Source of the DNA: Hormiphora californensis
Taxonomy: Eukaryota > Animalia > Ctenophora
Length of the DNA: 64,000 nucleotides
Assembly: GCA_020137815.1 (NCBI GenBank)
Contig: CM035361.1
Coordinates: 434,001 to 498,000, forward strand
Direction of reading: 5' to 3'
Below the pieces are notes generated by a model. The model was not told the DNA's origin and made no database searches. It saw only the letters and a list, made by a program, of their open reading frames with translations. Shown here piece by piece: positions 62,077 to 64,000 of this stretch. The position numbers and the translations under genes are program-made. Within the stretch, counting starts at the first letter, position 1. Every line of letters starts with the position of its first letter.

Positions 62077-62588
62077 TTTCAGGGGGGACAATCAACAATA
62101 TTATACCATATACAACTCTGAAACAGGGAATTGAAATTGTTCTATCTGGCGGCGCCAGACCCCAATTTGATTCTCAAACATGGGGTCGGCGGCGCCAGAC
62201 AGAAATGTATCTGTTATAGTAGGACGTTGGGTAGTGGGGTTAAAATAGTGGAACTGGGAGCGCAACTACAGTAACACCCAAACTGAATTGTGCGATGCTT
62301 TCTAAAAGGTTTCACAACTAGAATTGAGTAAAAACAAATGAAGAATAAGTGACGACATTCTACTAAGATGCTAGAATGCTGCAATACCAACACCAAGAGA
62401 GGGGAGAGATAAAATGCAAGCGAATTTATAAAGCTTGTCGGGGGGACCAAGAAACTAGATACTGTAGGAAGTTGAATATAAATCTCAGGACCCGTTCTGG
62501 CAGTGAGACTCTCACTGAGAGAAAGAGAGAATATGGGAAAGAGAAAGAGAGATCAGAAGCTGAGAGAAAGGGAGAGAGTATTAGTAAT

Positions 62589-62683
62589 ACGGATTCCGTA
62601 TAATAATTTAACAACAATGACCCCCATCAGTAATAGTATTACTGATGGGGGTCATTGTTGTTAAATTATTATACGGAATCCGT
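62589..62683. repeat. Perfect 95-bp palindrome
   Basis: 47-bp arms around a single central G (..CAGTAATA-G-TATTACTG..). Confidence 0.9.
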
Positions 62684-62740
62684 TAGAAATGAGGGGCACG
62701 GAGAACAGATTGGTAACAGTGATACATATAAGTAATAGTA

Positions 62741-62955
62741 GGGGGAAAACTGTGAATTTCAACCCCTTTGTAACAGTCACGTTACCAAATGTTACGTCAC
62801 TCATACTTCGTTTGGCTGTCGTGGATTAATCACGTGCTGTTACACGGAAGTACAAGTCACGTGACTTTGTAACAGTCACGTGATCAAATGTAACAGTCAC
62901 GTGACCACTGGTAACGTGACTGTTACAAAGGGGTTGAAATTCACAGTTTTCCCCC
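62741..62955. mobile_element. TA-flanked MITE
   Basis: 47-bp TIR GGGGGAAAACTGTGAATTTCAACCCCTTTGTAACAGTCACGTTACCA. Confidence 0.85.
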
Positions 62956-63633
62956 TAATCAATAAACCTGGGTTTATACCTTTACATGTAGCGGGTTGCC
63001 AATTGGGGTTTAGGCAAGATGAATTCTATCGTTTCTATCACTGTATCGTGATTTTAAATACCGCTCTATTTCACAGAGCGGATTATGGGGCAGAGGGATG
63101 GGGGGGGGGGGTAGAGAGTTTCTGTCAGGCACCACAGAACCGACAGATGGATGGGTCATGGGGCGGGATGGGGGAGAGAGTTTCTGCCAGGCACCACAGA
63201 ACCGACAGTGCAACTCTATCGAGCATCCAGTGCAACTCTATCGAGTGATACTATCACTGATAGATTTGTAACGTTATCGGGGAAAATAAAAAAAACTTGA
63301 TTTCAAAATAGTAAACAGATATTTAACAACATTAAACAATTCTTCTTTTTTTCGCAGCCTATCCTTCTTCACATTTTATAATTCAAAATTCAATTCATAA
63401 TTTTCTGTGGTTCAAGTTTAGCATTTGATACTCTCTCCATATTGTCTTTTGGTCAACAACCCTTAAAACAAACAAACTGTCCCAGACCCAATTAACAGCC
63501 GATTAGTTCATAGTCTTCTCAGCCGCACAATTCTCTCTCAAAGAGCGGTGATCTCATCTCACTTCAAGGTCATCTCCACAGCGAATTTGTTACCATGGTT
63601 ACCATGTCTCAGATCGGTACATTCTGCATCTCC

Positions 63634-64000
63634 TCACTGTCGTTTAGGTCGCGACCAAACCTGCACACCCCCATCCGCAGAAACGAGGAGGAAGGCATCG
63701 GGTGTGAAGTGGATTCCAGTCAGTCTGTCCGTGGATACTCTCTTACTAACTAGGGCATCCAGACGTGGCACCTACAGAAGAGAGAGGGGTTGGTTAGAAC
63801 TGAGAGATTTGATTTGTTCAACCTCTGGCGCGAAAGACAGTCTAGCTAGGCAAAGAGAGATCTAAGGGTGGTTGGAAGTTGTTCGGGGCGGGAGACGGAC
63901 GATTTGGTGACATACTGACACTCACCTCGTAAAGTCGTGGTACTTTGACACTATCTAGGATGGTCTCATACTGCATACTCTTCAACAGTCCCCCACTAGC
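63634..64000 (-). CDS. 3' end of a WDR20/DMWD-like WD40 gene (partial)
   Basis: ..VPRLYE|VPRLDALVSKRVSTDRLTGIHFTPDAFLLVSADGGVQVWSRP resembles the WDR20 C-terminus as I recall it (VPLLEPLICKKIAHERLT..TWGRP). Confidence 0.7.

Noticed and set aside
63820-63862. Possible extra exon ISLCLARLSFAPE
   Set aside because: Direct joining of the flanking exons (VPRLYE|VPRLDAL) fits WDR20 spacing better.

Overview
Gene-dense, intron-rich animal genomic DNA, not prokaryotic. It is probably a ctenophore; this is an inference from a secreted-protein domain I recall as expanded in ctenophores, the short introns and the nested genes. Recognisable genes: a GAS2-type calponin-homology gene (+), a multi-exon class A GPCR (+), a full-length PARP1 (-, about 21 kb), HAUS4, RPL18A, NEDD8 and LCLAT1 (all -), TMF1 (+), a tandem trio of Glu-rich membrane-anchored ORFs, an unknown gene and the 3' end of a WDR20-like gene (-). 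PARP1 introns hold an intronless GPCR, two tRNA-Asp genes, a secreted-protein ORF and a young Ty3/Gypsy element with identical 123-bp LTRs. Three patterns stand out. (1) Five tightly spaced same-strand genes each have an acceptor-like AG 2-9 nt before the ATG, a candidate operon resolved by SL trans-splicing. (2) Tandem repeats are repeatedly built from splice sites themselves. (3) A 109-bp hAT-type MITE twice has an 8-bp target duplication that is exactly an intron's 5' donor. Exon boundaries were read by eye and no database search was run.
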